DNA of 64,000 bases from contig OZ241892.1 of NCBI GenBank assembly GCA_965203485.1, positions 1,728,001 to 1,792,000 of the forward strand, read 5' to 3'. Every line of letters starts with the position of its first letter. Position 1 is the first letter of the stretch. The position numbers and the translations under genes were made by a program. This DNA comes from Longimicrobiales bacterium. GTDB taxonomy: Bacteria; Gemmatimonadota; Gemmatimonadetes; Longimicrobiales; Gaopeijiaceae. Below, in pieces: positions 45,074-54,951 of the stretch. The notes under the pieces are model-generated. The model did no database searches and was not told where the DNA came from. It saw only the letters and a program-made list of their open reading frames with translations.

Positions 45074-48000
45074 TCAGAACGCGACGCGCGCGGAAAAGGT
45101 GAGCCGTCGCGGAATCGGGGGCGACCAGCCTTCCGTGGAATCCAGGAAGTTGCAGCTGAGGCCGCTGTTGCAACGACCCAGCACGTTGGTCTCCGGGTCC
45201 ATTCCGGGATAGTCGCCCAACATGAACAGCCAGAGGTTGCGGACGCCGAGGTTCAACGTGGCGCTGGACAGCCCGAGGTCGGCCACCGAGGCCGTCGGCA
45301 CGCGGTAGGTCAGTCCCAGCTCGCGCCAGTTGATCCAGCTGGCGTCGTAGATGCCGTTCATTCCGCTCATCGGCGCCAGTCCCTCGATCTCCTTGGCCCA
45401 CGCAACGGCGGCGTCCAAGCGCTGCTCGGCCGACGACGCCGGATTGAGCATGATCGAGTAGAGCTCGGCGCTGCGCGGCGTGTTGCGGCCGATGAAGTTG
45501 TTGGCCCGCCGAAACATGCCCGACAGGTCCTGCACCTGGTGGCCGATCTTGTACTCCATGAGCGAGCTGAGCTCGAAGTTGCCGCCGAAAGCCATGTTGA
45601 ACCCGAAGGATCCCGCGAAGTCGGGCGTCGGCTTGCCCAGGTAGCTCAGGAGCAGGCCCTCGCCGCAGTTGTTCGACGCCAACCCGCCGTTGGGAACGCC
45701 GAAGGCGCCTGTCGCGTCGTTGCCGATGGCCAAGGGCTTGAAGCTGTTGGGGTTGCGGGGCTGGCTGAAGTATTCCAGCGCCTGCTGGCGCGTGGGCACC
45801 ATGCAAGTCCCTAGAGAATCCGGCGCCAAGATGTTCAGCGGAATCTCCACGTCGGCGATCTTCGCACCGAAGAACGCGCCAGGGGTGTAGCCCTCGGTCA
45901 AGTAGTTCCGGTAGCGCGGATAGCTGCCGCCGGTCTTCAGCGGCGGCGCGCCGCCCATGTCGCTGATCTCCTCGTTCAGGTAGGCCGTGTTGGCGAACAC
46001 GTTGAGCGAGAAGCCCTCGCGCTGGACCAAGGAGCCGTTGACGCCGACCTCGACGCCCCACGCCTTCATCTCGCCGATGTTGTCGAGCTGCGTCCTGGTG
46101 AAGCCGCCCGTGACCGGAAACTGGCGCGCAACCATCGCGTCGCTGACCGTTCGGTTCCAGTAGTCTAGCTGCACCGACCAAGTGTCCTCGAAGAGGCCGA
46201 GCTCGACGCCCGCTTCGATCTCGGTGGAGATCTCGGGCTTGAGGCCGGCGTTGCCCAGGTTGGCAGGCGCGACGCCGGGTCCGCTCTCGGACCCCTGCGA
46301 CGTGAAGGTCGTGAACTTGTCGAACGCGCCCGGCTGGAGGCCGGAGCGCCCGAATGCGGTCCGGAAGCGGACGGTCGAGAACATGTCGTTCGACCAGCCC
46401 AGGCCCTGGCTGGGGACGATGGAGAGCGTGGCCTTCGGGTAGAACGCCGTGCTGAACTCCGAGCCGAACGCCGAGTTCGCGTCCCACCGCCCGCCGAGCG
46501 TCAGGAACATCCAGTCGTCGAAGCCGATCTGATCCTGCAAGTAGCCGCCGATCTGCGTTACGCGCAACCAGAACTCGTTCGAACTCTCCGATCCGAGCGC
46601 GGAGAGCGTCTCCAAGCCGGGACCGGGGAAGTCGCGGCCGCCACCGCCGGCCGTCTGGCGCTGGCGGAGGAAGCCCTGGCCTCCGAAGAGGAACGTGTTC
46701 TCGATCCTGTCGGTCGCCCAGATGTAAGAGCCCTTGAGGTCGGCCGTGATCTCGCGGCTGCGGGCCTCTTCCACGGTCCGGCTGCCGATCGGCGTTGAGC
46801 CGGAGTAGTTGTCGACGTTCCACCGATACGGCCGGAAGCTCACCGCGTCGTCGGACGTGAAGTCCACGCCGAAAATCGCCTCCAAGCGCAGGTCCTCGGT
46901 CGGCGTGTACTGGACGTTCGTCGTGCCCGTGAAGTGCTGCGAGTTCGTGAAGTTGAGCTGGTACATGTTCTCGCGCAACGTGGCGAACGCCGGCTGGCCG
47001 TACTTGTTGACCTCGCCGTCTGCGTTCGGCTCTTCGTGTGCCTTGCGCAACTGCATCATGAGCGCCGACGAGAACACGCCGTAGATGTTGTTCGAGTTGT
47101 CGGGCGTGTGGTGCTCCATGTCGGCGTACATCATGCTCATGCCGATCCTCACCTTGTCGTTCGGAATGACGGTGAAGTTCGTGTTCGCCGAGACGCGGCG
47201 GTTCGTGTCCGTCTCGGGCTCGTATCCCTCGACGGGCTCGAAGTTCTGGGCCGCGTCATACGAGCCGTCTTCGGTGACCAGCCGACTCGATACGAAGTAC
47301 TGGAACCGGTCGGAACCGCCCGAAATGGAACCCTGGTAGGACTGGCCGAATCCCGTGGTCAGCATGTCCGGAATCAGGTCCCGGACCACCGGATCCCACG
47401 GAGTGACCGACTGCCCCCACCGCTCCGACATGCGGGCGATGGTCGCCGCCAGGGTCGCCGCGTCGGCGGCGCCAGTGCACCCGGGCGTGCCGCACTCCCG
47501 TCCCGCGAAGTCGGCAAGCGGAAGGATGCGGTTGGTCGGCGTCGAAATCGCCGTCCAGTCGCCCTGCAACGTGAAGCGCGGCGCGCCTGCCCGGCCCCGC
47601 TTCGTGAAGACCTGAATGACGCCGTTGGAGGCTTCGGTGCCGTAGAGCGTGGCGGCCGACGCGCCCTTCAGGATTTCGATGCGCTCGATGGCGCTGGGCG
47701 GAATATCGTCGAGCCTCGACGGATTCCCCTGCCCGTTGAAGTTCTGGACCGCCGAGCGGTCGATGCGTACGCCGTCCAAGTAGACGATCGGCTCGTTGAG
47801 CTGCGACAGCGACGCCGAGCCGCGGATTCGGATGCGCGCGCCCTCGCCGGTGTAGCCGGACGACGGAAGCGCCACCACGCCGGCTTCGCGGCCCGCCAGC
47901 AATTGGCTGAAGTCCGAGATCGGCGCGTTCTCCACCTCCGTCACGTCCAGCGTGGCGATGCTGTGGCCGAGCTTGCGCTTCTCGGTGGCGAGGCCCGCGC

Positions 48001-48373
48001 CCGTGACCACGATCTCGTTGAGCTCGATCGCCGTCGCCTGCAACGAAATGTCGGCTTGAGTCGTCTGGCCCGCCGCCACGGTGATCGTCCGCCGGGCTTC
48101 GCTGTAGCCCACGGACCGCGCGAGGAGCGTGTACTCTCCGGGCGGCACCTGGAGCAGGAGGAACCGCCCGGCCGCCGTAGTGAGCGTGCCGAACGAAGTC
48201 CCCTCGAGCGCGACGTACACGGCGTCGAGGGAACGCGACGTGGCCTCGTCTTGGACAAGGCCCTGCACGGTCCCGGCGGCCTGCTGGGCCGCGACCCGGG
48301 ACGGCGCCCCGCTTCCAAGCGCGACCACTGCGGCCGCGACGAGGGCGAGGCTGGCTGACATGCGAGACTTCAT
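45074..48373 (-). CDS. SusC/RagA-like TonB-dependent receptor
   Basis: N-terminal carboxypeptidase-regulatory-like domain, EIVVTG, IRIRG, IEILKGASAATLYGTEASNGVI, NAGLKPE, terminal Phe. Confidence 0.92.
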   Translation of the reverse strand: MKSRMSASLALVAAAVVALGSGAPSRVAAQQAAGTVQGLVQDEATSRSLDAVYVALEGTSFGTLTTAAGRFLLLQVPPGEYTLLARSVGYSEARRTITVAAGQTTQADISLQATAIELNEIVVTGAGLATEKRKLGHSIATLDVTEVENAPISDFSQLLAGREAGVVALPSSGYTGEGARIRIRGSASLSQLNEPIVYLDGVRIDRSAVQNFNGQGNPSRLDDIPPSAIERIEILKGASAATLYGTEASNGVIQVFTKRGRAGAPRFTLQGDWTAISTPTNRILPLADFAGRECGTPGCTGAADAATLAATIARMSERWGQSVTPWDPVVRDLIPDMLTTGFGQSYQGSISGGSDRFQYFVSSRLVTEDGSYDAAQNFEPVEGYEPETDTNRRVSANTNFTVIPNDKVRIGMSMMYADMEHHTPDNSNNIYGVFSSALMMQLRKAHEEPNADGEVNKYGQPAFATLRENMYQLNFTNSQHFTGTTNVQYTPTEDLRLEAIFGVDFTSDDAVSFRPYRWNVDNYSGSTPIGSRTVEEARSREITADLKGSYIWATDRIENTFLFGGQGFLRQRQTAGGGGRDFPGPGLETLSALGSESSNEFWLRVTQIGGYLQDQIGFDDWMFLTLGGRWDANSAFGSEFSTAFYPKATLSIVPSQGLGWSNDMFSTVRFRTAFGRSGLQPGAFDKFTTFTSQGSESGPGVAPANLGNAGLKPEISTEIEAGVELGLFEDTWSVQLDYWNRTVSDAMVARQFPVTGGFTRTQLDNIGEMKAWGVEVGVNGSLVQREGFSLNVFANTAYLNEEISDMGGAPPLKTGGSYPRYRNYLTEGYTPGAFFGAKIADVEIPLNILAPDSLGTCMVPTRQQALEYFSQPRNPNSFKPLAIGNDATGAFGVPNGGLASNNCGEGLLLSYLGKPTPDFAGSFGFNMAFGGNFELSSLMEYKIGHQVQDLSGMFRRANNFIGRNTPRSAELYSIMLNPASSAEQRLDAAVAWAKEIEGLAPMSGMNGIYDASWINWRELGLTYRVPTASVADLGLSSATLNLGVRNLWLFMLGDYPGMDPETNVLGRCNSGLSCNFLDSTEGWSPPIPRRLTFSARVAF

Positions 48374-48503
48374 GTGGTCTCTCCTTAAGTGGGAGGTGGT
48401 GGGTACAGATCACCCTGGGTGTCGAAAATCTATCGGCGAGCCGCAACGCTTCGGGTTCCGGCGAGCAGGGTGCCGCGTCGGGCGGTGTCGCCGCCGCCCA
48501 TTA

Positions 48504-48532
48504 ATGTTGAATGCGCCGCGCGGGCGCGTCAA
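48504..48532 (-). promoter_or_regulatory. Possible sigma70 promoter of the susCD operon
   Basis: Minus strand TTGACG-N17-CAACAT, about 130 bp upstream of the susC ATG. Confidence 0.3.
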
Positions 48533-48543
48533 GCGAGGCAGGT

Positions 48544-48930
48544 TCATCGGAGCCTGGCCACGGCGTCGATCTCCACGTCCACGCCCTTGGGCAGTCCCTT
48601 GACCGCGACCGTCGAGCGAGCGGGCTTGTGGTCGCCGAAGCCGCGTTCGTAGGCGGCGTTCATCGCGCCGAAGAGGGCCATGTCGGAAAGAAACACTGTC
48701 GTCTTGACCACGGTGTCCAAACCGCCGCCCGCCGCGTCCAGCACGGCGGCCAGGTTGGCGAGAACGCGGTTGGTCTGGGTGGCCACGTCGCCCTGGACGA
48801 GCGCGCCCGTGTCCGGGTCGAGCGGGATCTGGCCCGACGCGAAGACCCAGCCGTCCGAGACGACGGCCTGCGAGTAGGGACCGAGCGCCCCCGGAGCGCG
48901 GGGGGTGTCGACCGGAGTCGCATCTGGCAT
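48544..48930 (-). CDS. ridA: RidA-family enamine/imine deaminase
   Basis: GPYSQA, SGQIP, VVKTTVFL, KPARSTVAVKGLPKG..VEI. Confidence 0.92.
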   Translation of the reverse strand: MPDATPVDTPRAPGALGPYSQAVVSDGWVFASGQIPLDPDTGALVQGDVATQTNRVLANLAAVLDAAGGGLDTVVKTTVFLSDMALFGAMNAAYERGFGDHKPARSTVAVKGLPKGVDVEIDAVARLR

Positions 48931-49038
48931 TGGAAGGCGGCCTCGCATGGGCGGGCGGAAGGTTTGCGCAATGGGCGGCACGTCGCCCGGTTGCGCAACA
49001 ACATGGGCCCATGGCGCCGCCGCCGTCCAGTCCGGCCT

Positions 49039-50106
49039 TCACCCGCTTGCGGCCTCCAGCGACTCGCGGATCGCCGAGGCCGTGACCGCTGTCGCGCCCA
49101 CGGTCGCCAAGCCCGCGGCGGCTCCATGGGCCGACCAGCGCACCGCGTCGCCCATCGACGCGCCCGCGGCCAGCGACACGGCCACCACCGCCGAGACCGT
49201 GTCGCCGGCGCCGGAGACGTCGTACACCGTGCGCGGGACCACGCGCACACGGTCCACGCCGCCTTCCGCGGACGCCAGCGCCATCCCGTCGGCGCCCAGC
49301 GTGAGCAGCAGATGGCGGCAACCGGCGCGCGCGCGGGCCCGCTCCATCCACTGCGGGTCGTCGGGCCGGGCGGGTTCGCCGAGCGCGTGCTCCAGCTCGT
49401 GGCGGTTCGGCTTGAGGACGGTCGCTCCGGCGTAGGCGAAGAAGCGCCGCCGCTTGGGGTCGGCCACGACGGGAATGCTCCGCGCCGCCGCCAAGTCCAG
49501 CGCCGGGCGGACGACGCCGGCCGTCAGGGAGCCCTTGTCGTAGTCCGCGAGGATCAGCGCGTCGGCGCCGGACAGGCGCCGCTTCAGCCGGAACGCCAGC
49601 GCATCCGCGACCTGCTCCCCGTGGTCGTCGTCGCGCTCGCGGTCCACTCGCACCACCTGCTGGCCCTGCGAAAGCACCCTGGTCTTGACCGGGGTGGGCC
49701 GCCCGGGCGAAGCGACGAACTCGTGTCCGACGCCGGACTTCGCCAGCTCCCGGGCGAGCGCGCGGCCGGCGTCGTCGTCGCCCGCAACGCCCACCAAGTC
49801 GCACTGGGCTCCCAATCCGCGGACGTTGGCCGCCACGTTGGCCGCGCCGCCCGGCACGTCCCATTCCCTCTCCACGAGGACGACCGGCACCGGCGCCTCC
49901 GGAGAGACCCGGTCGGTCGCGCCTTCCACGTACCGGTCCAGCATGACGTCGCCGAGCACCACCACGCGGCGCTGCGAGAAGCCCGCCGCGGCCTCGGCGA
50001 AGCGGGCAACGTCGCCCGCCGGGCCCGCGGGACTTGCCGTTCGGGCGCTCTTGGGTTCCGCTGAGCTCGCGGCGCCAAGTCCCCTTCGCGCCCGGACGGC
50101 GGTCAC
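49039..50106 (-). CDS. D-glycero-beta-D-manno-heptose 7-phosphate kinase (RfaE domain I, HldA-like)
   Basis: GDVMLD, RVSPEAPVPV, GGAANVA, DYDKG, KPNRHE, DVSGAGDT; GTGA overlap. Confidence 0.9.
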   Translation of the reverse strand: MTAVRARRGLGAASSAEPKSARTASPAGPAGDVARFAEAAAGFSQRRVVVLGDVMLDRYVEGATDRVSPEAPVPVVLVEREWDVPGGAANVAANVRGLGAQCDLVGVAGDDDAGRALARELAKSGVGHEFVASPGRPTPVKTRVLSQGQQVVRVDRERDDDHGEQVADALAFRLKRRLSGADALILADYDKGSLTAGVVRPALDLAAARSIPVVADPKRRRFFAYAGATVLKPNRHELEHALGEPARPDDPQWMERARARAGCRHLLLTLGADGMALASAEGGVDRVRVVPRTVYDVSGAGDTVSAVVAVSLAAGASMGDAVRWSAHGAAAGLATVGATAVTASAIRESLEAASG

Positions 50107-51404
50107 CGCGGCGTCTGCCAGCCGGCCAGCGAGAACACCGCCGTCCGCACCCGTCCTGCCCCCTCCGTGTCGGTCCAGGCGGCCAACAACCGGTCCGTTC
50201 CCAGCCGCGCGATGCGCGGGAAGCCGGACGCCCGTTCGGCGGACACGCCAGCCAACCGGCGCGCCGCCCCCGCAGCGCCGTCCGCGGCTACGCGCCTCGC
50301 CAGCACGGACGGCGCGCCGCCGCCCTCCATCCACGAAACAAGAGCCGAGCCGTCGTCCAGCAGCAGCACGTCCGTCCGGCCGAGCGGCGACCCGGCGTCC
50401 ACCGGCGCGGGCGGGCCGAACGTCGCTCCGCCGTCTTGCGAGAAGGCCACGTTCACCCGAGCCCGCCCGTCCGGCGCCGTGAACCACGCCACCGCCACGG
50501 TCGCCCCGAGCGCCGCGACCGCTGGTCCGTTGACCGGACACCCCGGAAACACCCATCCGTCCCGGTGCACCGGCACGCTCTCGGTCCAGCCCGCCGCCAG
50601 CCGCCTCGACACGTGCACGTCGCGAACCTCGTCGTCCGAGCGGTTCCGAAAGACCAGCAACGGCACGCCGTCCGCGATCACGCCGCCGGTTTGGCAGCAT
50701 TCGCAGGTCCTCGCGTCCACGACCTCCTCGGCACCGGCCGGTCCGCGCACGGGAACACGGCGCGCCCGCAGAGCCATGGCGCCGCCCTCCTGGACCATCG
50801 CCCGTCCGTCCAGCCACGCCGCCCACGTCCCGGAGCCGTCGCCGAAGACCGACACGAAGCCGTGCTCCGTGGGCGTGTCGTCGCCGTGCGGCGTCCATGG
50901 AGGCGACCACGCGCGGCCGGCGTCGGGCGACCACGCCAGTCGCACGCCATAATCGTAGACGCCGCCGCCCTGCCGGTGCAGCCAGTGCGCCACGAGGAAG
51001 TCGCCGACCGGCTGAACGGACGGAAAGTCGGCCCAGTTGACGAAGAACGAATCGGCCTCGGCCACGGTGGCGGGCGGACCCCACGCTTCGCCGTCGAAGA
51101 AGGCGGCCGCCACGCGATGCCCGGCGCCCCGCGGCTCGATCCAGCTCATCCAGGCGCCGTCGCCGGCCGCCGCGAGGAAGGGTTGCCCGCTGCCGTCCGC
51201 GACGGGCGGGTCGCCGCCCGGGCCTGCCAAGGCCGCTTCGAGCACGCCGGGCGCAGCCGAGTCCGTTCCGCCTTCCCCGGCGGCGCGGTCACCCGGGCTG
51301 GAGTCGCACGCGGCGAGGATCCCAGCGGCCGCCGCGGCGGCGAGCGGGCGGACGACCAGCCGAGGGACGACTTCGCGGGGCGAGGGAATGCCGGGTAGGG
51401 CCAC
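50103..51404 (-). CDS. Sialidase/BNR-like lipoprotein with Cys motifs
   Basis: LAAC lipobox, FVNWADFP, TEHGF, TCECCQT, GCPVNGP, SQDGGATF; start uncertain. Confidence 0.7.
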   Translation of the reverse strand: MALPGIPSPREVVPRLVVRPLAAAAAAGILAACDSSPGDRAAGEGGTDSAAPGVLEAALAGPGGDPPVADGSGQPFLAAAGDGAWMSWIEPRGAGHRVAAAFFDGEAWGPPATVAEADSFFVNWADFPSVQPVGDFLVAHWLHRQGGGVYDYGVRLAWSPDAGRAWSPPWTPHGDDTPTEHGFVSVFGDGSGTWAAWLDGRAMVQEGGAMALRARRVPVRGPAGAEEVVDARTCECCQTGGVIADGVPLLVFRNRSDDEVRDVHVSRRLAAGWTESVPVHRDGWVFPGCPVNGPAVAALGATVAVAWFTAPDGRARVNVAFSQDGGATFGPPAPVDAGSPLGRTDVLLLDDGSALVSWMEGGGAPSVLARRVAADGAAGAARRLAGVSAERASGFPRIARLGTDRLLAAWTDTEGAGRVRTAVFSLAGWQTPR

Positions 51405-51776
51405 GGATCGTTCGAATCGAGTTCGAGGGGCGGTTTCGGGCGGGACGGGCGGGCGGCACGCGAGGAGGTCCCGACCCGGTGTTATCGTAACGAGATCGCG
51501 GTCGATCGCACGAGTTCGCGGTTGCGGCGCGGGCGTGCCGGGAACTTTCGCGCGCCTCCGGGCGTAAGGACAAGCAGTGGGGCGGCGGACCACTGCCGGA
51601 CGCGGGCGCTCCAAATGTTCGGGGCCCATCGGCCAGCTTGGCAAGCCGGGCGGGACGGCCTGCGCCGGACGGTTCCGCTTTCGCGCCGCCCGCGTCGTCC
51701 GTAGCTTGGGCGGCAACCCGCGAGGCGGCGGACCGTCCCTATCCATATCTCACACAAGAGAGACAGAGGTCCCCCA

Positions 51777-54700
51777 ATGGACTTGTCGAGACACCTGTTC
51801 GTCCGTTGCGTTGCCGTTGCGCGGATCGCAGCGGCCGCGACCGCCCTGGTCGTGGCGGCGCCTGCGGCGTCGTCCGCCCAGTACTTCGGCCGGAACAAGG
51901 TCCAGTACGAGGAATTCGACTTCAAGGTTCTGACGACCAAGAACTGGGAAGTCCACTACTACCCGGCGGCCGAGGCGGCGGCGGAGGACATGGCCCGCAT
52001 GGCCGAGCGGTGGTACGAGCGGTTCGCCCGCGCCTTCCAGCACGAGTTCAACAGCAAGAAGCCGCTCATCATCTACGCGGACCACCCCGACTTTCAGCAG
52101 ACCAACACGTTGTCGGGCACGATCGGCCAGGGGACCGGGGGCGTCACGGAATCGCTCAAGAACCGCGTGATCATGCCGCTCACGGCGTCTCACCGGGAGA
52201 CGGACCGCATCCTCGGCCACGAGCTGGTTCACGCCTTCCAGTACAACATCGCCCAAGGCCGCATGGGCGGCGGCATCATGAACTTGGCCAGGATGCCCCT
52301 GTGGCTCGTGGAGGGGATGGCCGAGTACATGTCGCTGGGCCGCAACCATCCGCACACGGCGATGTGGCTCCGCGACCACATCCTGCGCGACGAGAAGCCG
52401 TCGCTGACCGAGATCACGCGCAATCCGAAGTACTTCGCGTACCGGTTCGGGCAGGGCCTGATGTCGTACTTGGGCGGCACCTACGGCGACGACGCCGTGC
52501 AGGACCTGTACCGGGTCGCTCTTCAGGCCGGCTGGGAACCCGCCATCGAGGAGGTCTTCGGGATGCCGGAGGACAGCCTGGCCGCCCAGTGGTGGGAGGC
52601 GGTCGAGGCCGAGTTTCGTCCGCTCATGGCGGGCCGGACCGACCCCTACGAGACGGGCGACCTGCTGCTGTGCGTGGAGTGCGGTGCCGGGCGGGTCAAC
52701 GTGGCGCCTTCGATCAGCCCGGACGGGCGCTACATCGTCTTCCAGTCCGAGAAGGACCTGTTCTCGATGGACCTGTTCCTGGCCGACGTGGAGACCGGTC
52801 GCATCCTGCGCCCGCTCCAGCGCAACCAGACGCCGTACATCGACGGAGTGCGCTACATCGACACGAGCGGCTCCTGGTCGCCGGACAGCCGCAAGCTGGC
52901 CTTCGTCGTGCAGGCCGGCGGCAACAACCAGCTGGCGATCCTCGACGTGCAGAGCGGCGACATCGAGCAACGGCTGCATGTGGGAGGACTGGGCGCCATT
53001 CAGAACCCCGCTTGGTCCCCAGACGGCCGGACCGTGGCCTTCACCGGCGCCAAGGGCGGCTTCACCGACCTTTATCTGTGGGACAGCGAGACCGACGACG
53101 TGAAGCAGCTCACGAACGACAAGTACGCCGACCTTCAGCCCGCGTGGTCGCCCGACGGCCGGACGCTGGTCTTCGTCTCCGACCGCGGGCCGGACACCGA
53201 CTTCTCGCTCCTTGCGTTCGGCAACTACTCGCTCGCGTTCCTGAACCTGGAGACGCTGGACGTGCATTCGCGCACCGTGTTCCGCGGCGCCAAGCACACC
53301 AACCCGGTGTTCGACCGGACCGGCGACGGCGTGTACTTCGTCTCGGACGCGGACGGCTTCCCCGACATCTACCACATGGCCCTGGCCGACGGCGAGATGC
53401 TTCGCGTCACCCGCACCGCGACCGGCATCAGCGGCATCACCATGCTGTCGCCCGCGTTCTCGTATTCGCCCGAGAAGGACCTGCTGGCCTTCTCGATATT
53501 CCACGAGCGCGGCTACATCGTCAACACGGGGACAGCGAGCGAGATGGCGACCTCCGTCAACACGGTGGCCGAGGCCGACGGCGCCGGCCGGATGCTGCCG
53601 CCCCGCCATCCCACGTTCCGCAGCCGCATCGCCGAGTACCTGACGGACCACGACACCGGCTTGGTGGGGGACGGCGTCTACGCCGCCAGCCAGGCGAAGG
53701 ACTACGACCCGTCGCTCCAGCTCGACTACGTGGGCCAGCCCTCGCTGGGCGTCGGAGCGGACACGTACGGCACCTACGTGGGCGGCGGCACGTCGGCCTT
53801 CTTCACCGACATGCTCGGCGACCGCTTCCTGGGCGTGGCCTTGAACGCCAACGGCACCATCAAGGACATCGGCGGGCAGGTGTACTACATGAACCAGAAG
53901 CGACGCTGGAACTGGGGCGTCGGCATCCAGCACACGCCGTACCTGTTCCAGCAATGGGGCTACAACCCGCAAGCGAACACCTTCAACATCCAGCGCTACC
54001 GCATTTTCGTGGACGCCGTCTCCGGGCTCGTCGCTTATCCGTTGTCGTCCACGCGGCGGATCGAGGCCGGACTCGGCTTCACCCGATACAGCTACGACCT
54101 CGAGCAGGACATCTTCCACCTCGACGCGTTCGGACGCGCCATCGCCCGCGAGCAACGCGACCTGCCGGCTCGCGACCCGCTCAACTTGGCCACGGCTTCG
54201 ATCGCCTTCGTCGGCGACAACTCCTTCCACGCCTTCATCGGCCCCGTGCGCGGACACCGCTTCCGGGTCGGCGTCGAAACGGCCTACGGCACCGTGGACT
54301 TCCAGACCCTCAACGTGGACTACCGCCGCTACTTCAACAGGGGCGGCCCGCTGACCCTCGCCGCCCGAGCCTGGCACCTGGGCCGCTACGGCGACATCCG
54401 CTCGCTCTACGACAAGCAACTCAATCCGTTCTTCCTCGGCTACGAGACCCTCGTGCGGGGCTACGCCGCCGACACCTTCAGCCGCCGCGAGTGCTCGATC
54501 ACCGTCAGCGGCTCCAACTGCCCCGAGGTCAATCGCCTCTACGGCCACCGAATCGCCGTCGCCAACCTCGAACTCCGCTTCCCCTTCACCGGCGTCGAAG
54601 AGTTCGGCTTCATCAACTTTCCCTACATCCCCATCGAGCTGACCGCCTTCACCGACGTCGGCGTGGCCTGGGACAGCGAGCAACCGGCGAACTTGACTTG

Positions 54701-54860
54701 GGCCCGAGAGTCGCCCGACCGCATCCCCGTCGCCAGCTCCGGCTTCTCCGCCCGCTTCAACGTGCTCGGCGTCGCGATCCTGGAAGCGTACTATGCCTAC
54801 CCCTGGCAACGGCCCACCAAAAGCTGGCACTGGGGATTCCACTTGGCGCAGGCTTGGTAG
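51777..54860 (+). CDS. Peptidase-MA-like + TolB/PD40 propeller + Omp85-type barrel fusion
   Basis: QYFGRNKVQY, HELVH..WLVEGMAEY, repeated PAWSPDG, VRGY, C-terminal barrel strands. Confidence 0.8.
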   Translation: MDLSRHLFVRCVAVARIAAAATALVVAAPAASSAQYFGRNKVQYEEFDFKVLTTKNWEVHYYPAAEAAAEDMARMAERWYERFARAFQHEFNSKKPLIIYADHPDFQQTNTLSGTIGQGTGGVTESLKNRVIMPLTASHRETDRILGHELVHAFQYNIAQGRMGGGIMNLARMPLWLVEGMAEYMSLGRNHPHTAMWLRDHILRDEKPSLTEITRNPKYFAYRFGQGLMSYLGGTYGDDAVQDLYRVALQAGWEPAIEEVFGMPEDSLAAQWWEAVEAEFRPLMAGRTDPYETGDLLLCVECGAGRVNVAPSISPDGRYIVFQSEKDLFSMDLFLADVETGRILRPLQRNQTPYIDGVRYIDTSGSWSPDSRKLAFVVQAGGNNQLAILDVQSGDIEQRLHVGGLGAIQNPAWSPDGRTVAFTGAKGGFTDLYLWDSETDDVKQLTNDKYADLQPAWSPDGRTLVFVSDRGPDTDFSLLAFGNYSLAFLNLETLDVHSRTVFRGAKHTNPVFDRTGDGVYFVSDADGFPDIYHMALADGEMLRVTRTATGISGITMLSPAFSYSPEKDLLAFSIFHERGYIVNTGTASEMATSVNTVAEADGAGRMLPPRHPTFRSRIAEYLTDHDTGLVGDGVYAASQAKDYDPSLQLDYVGQPSLGVGADTYGTYVGGGTSAFFTDMLGDRFLGVALNANGTIKDIGGQVYYMNQKRRWNWGVGIQHTPYLFQQWGYNPQANTFNIQRYRIFVDAVSGLVAYPLSSTRRIEAGLGFTRYSYDLEQDIFHLDAFGRAIAREQRDLPARDPLNLATASIAFVGDNSFHAFIGPVRGHRFRVGVETAYGTVDFQTLNVDYRRYFNRGGPLTLAARAWHLGRYGDIRSLYDKQLNPFFLGYETLVRGYAADTFSRRECSITVSGSNCPEVNRLYGHRIAVANLELRFPFTGVEEFGFINFPYIPIELTAFTDVGVAWDSEQPANLTWARESPDRIPVASSGFSARFNVLGVAILEAYYAYPWQRPTKSWHWGFHLAQAW

Positions 54861-54951
54861 GAGGGAGCTCGCGCCACGGGAGAACCCCCGATCGCCCCTT
54901 CGCACGGTTGCTTCCCGAGCATAGTCCTGTCGCACGGGGAACACCAAAGAT

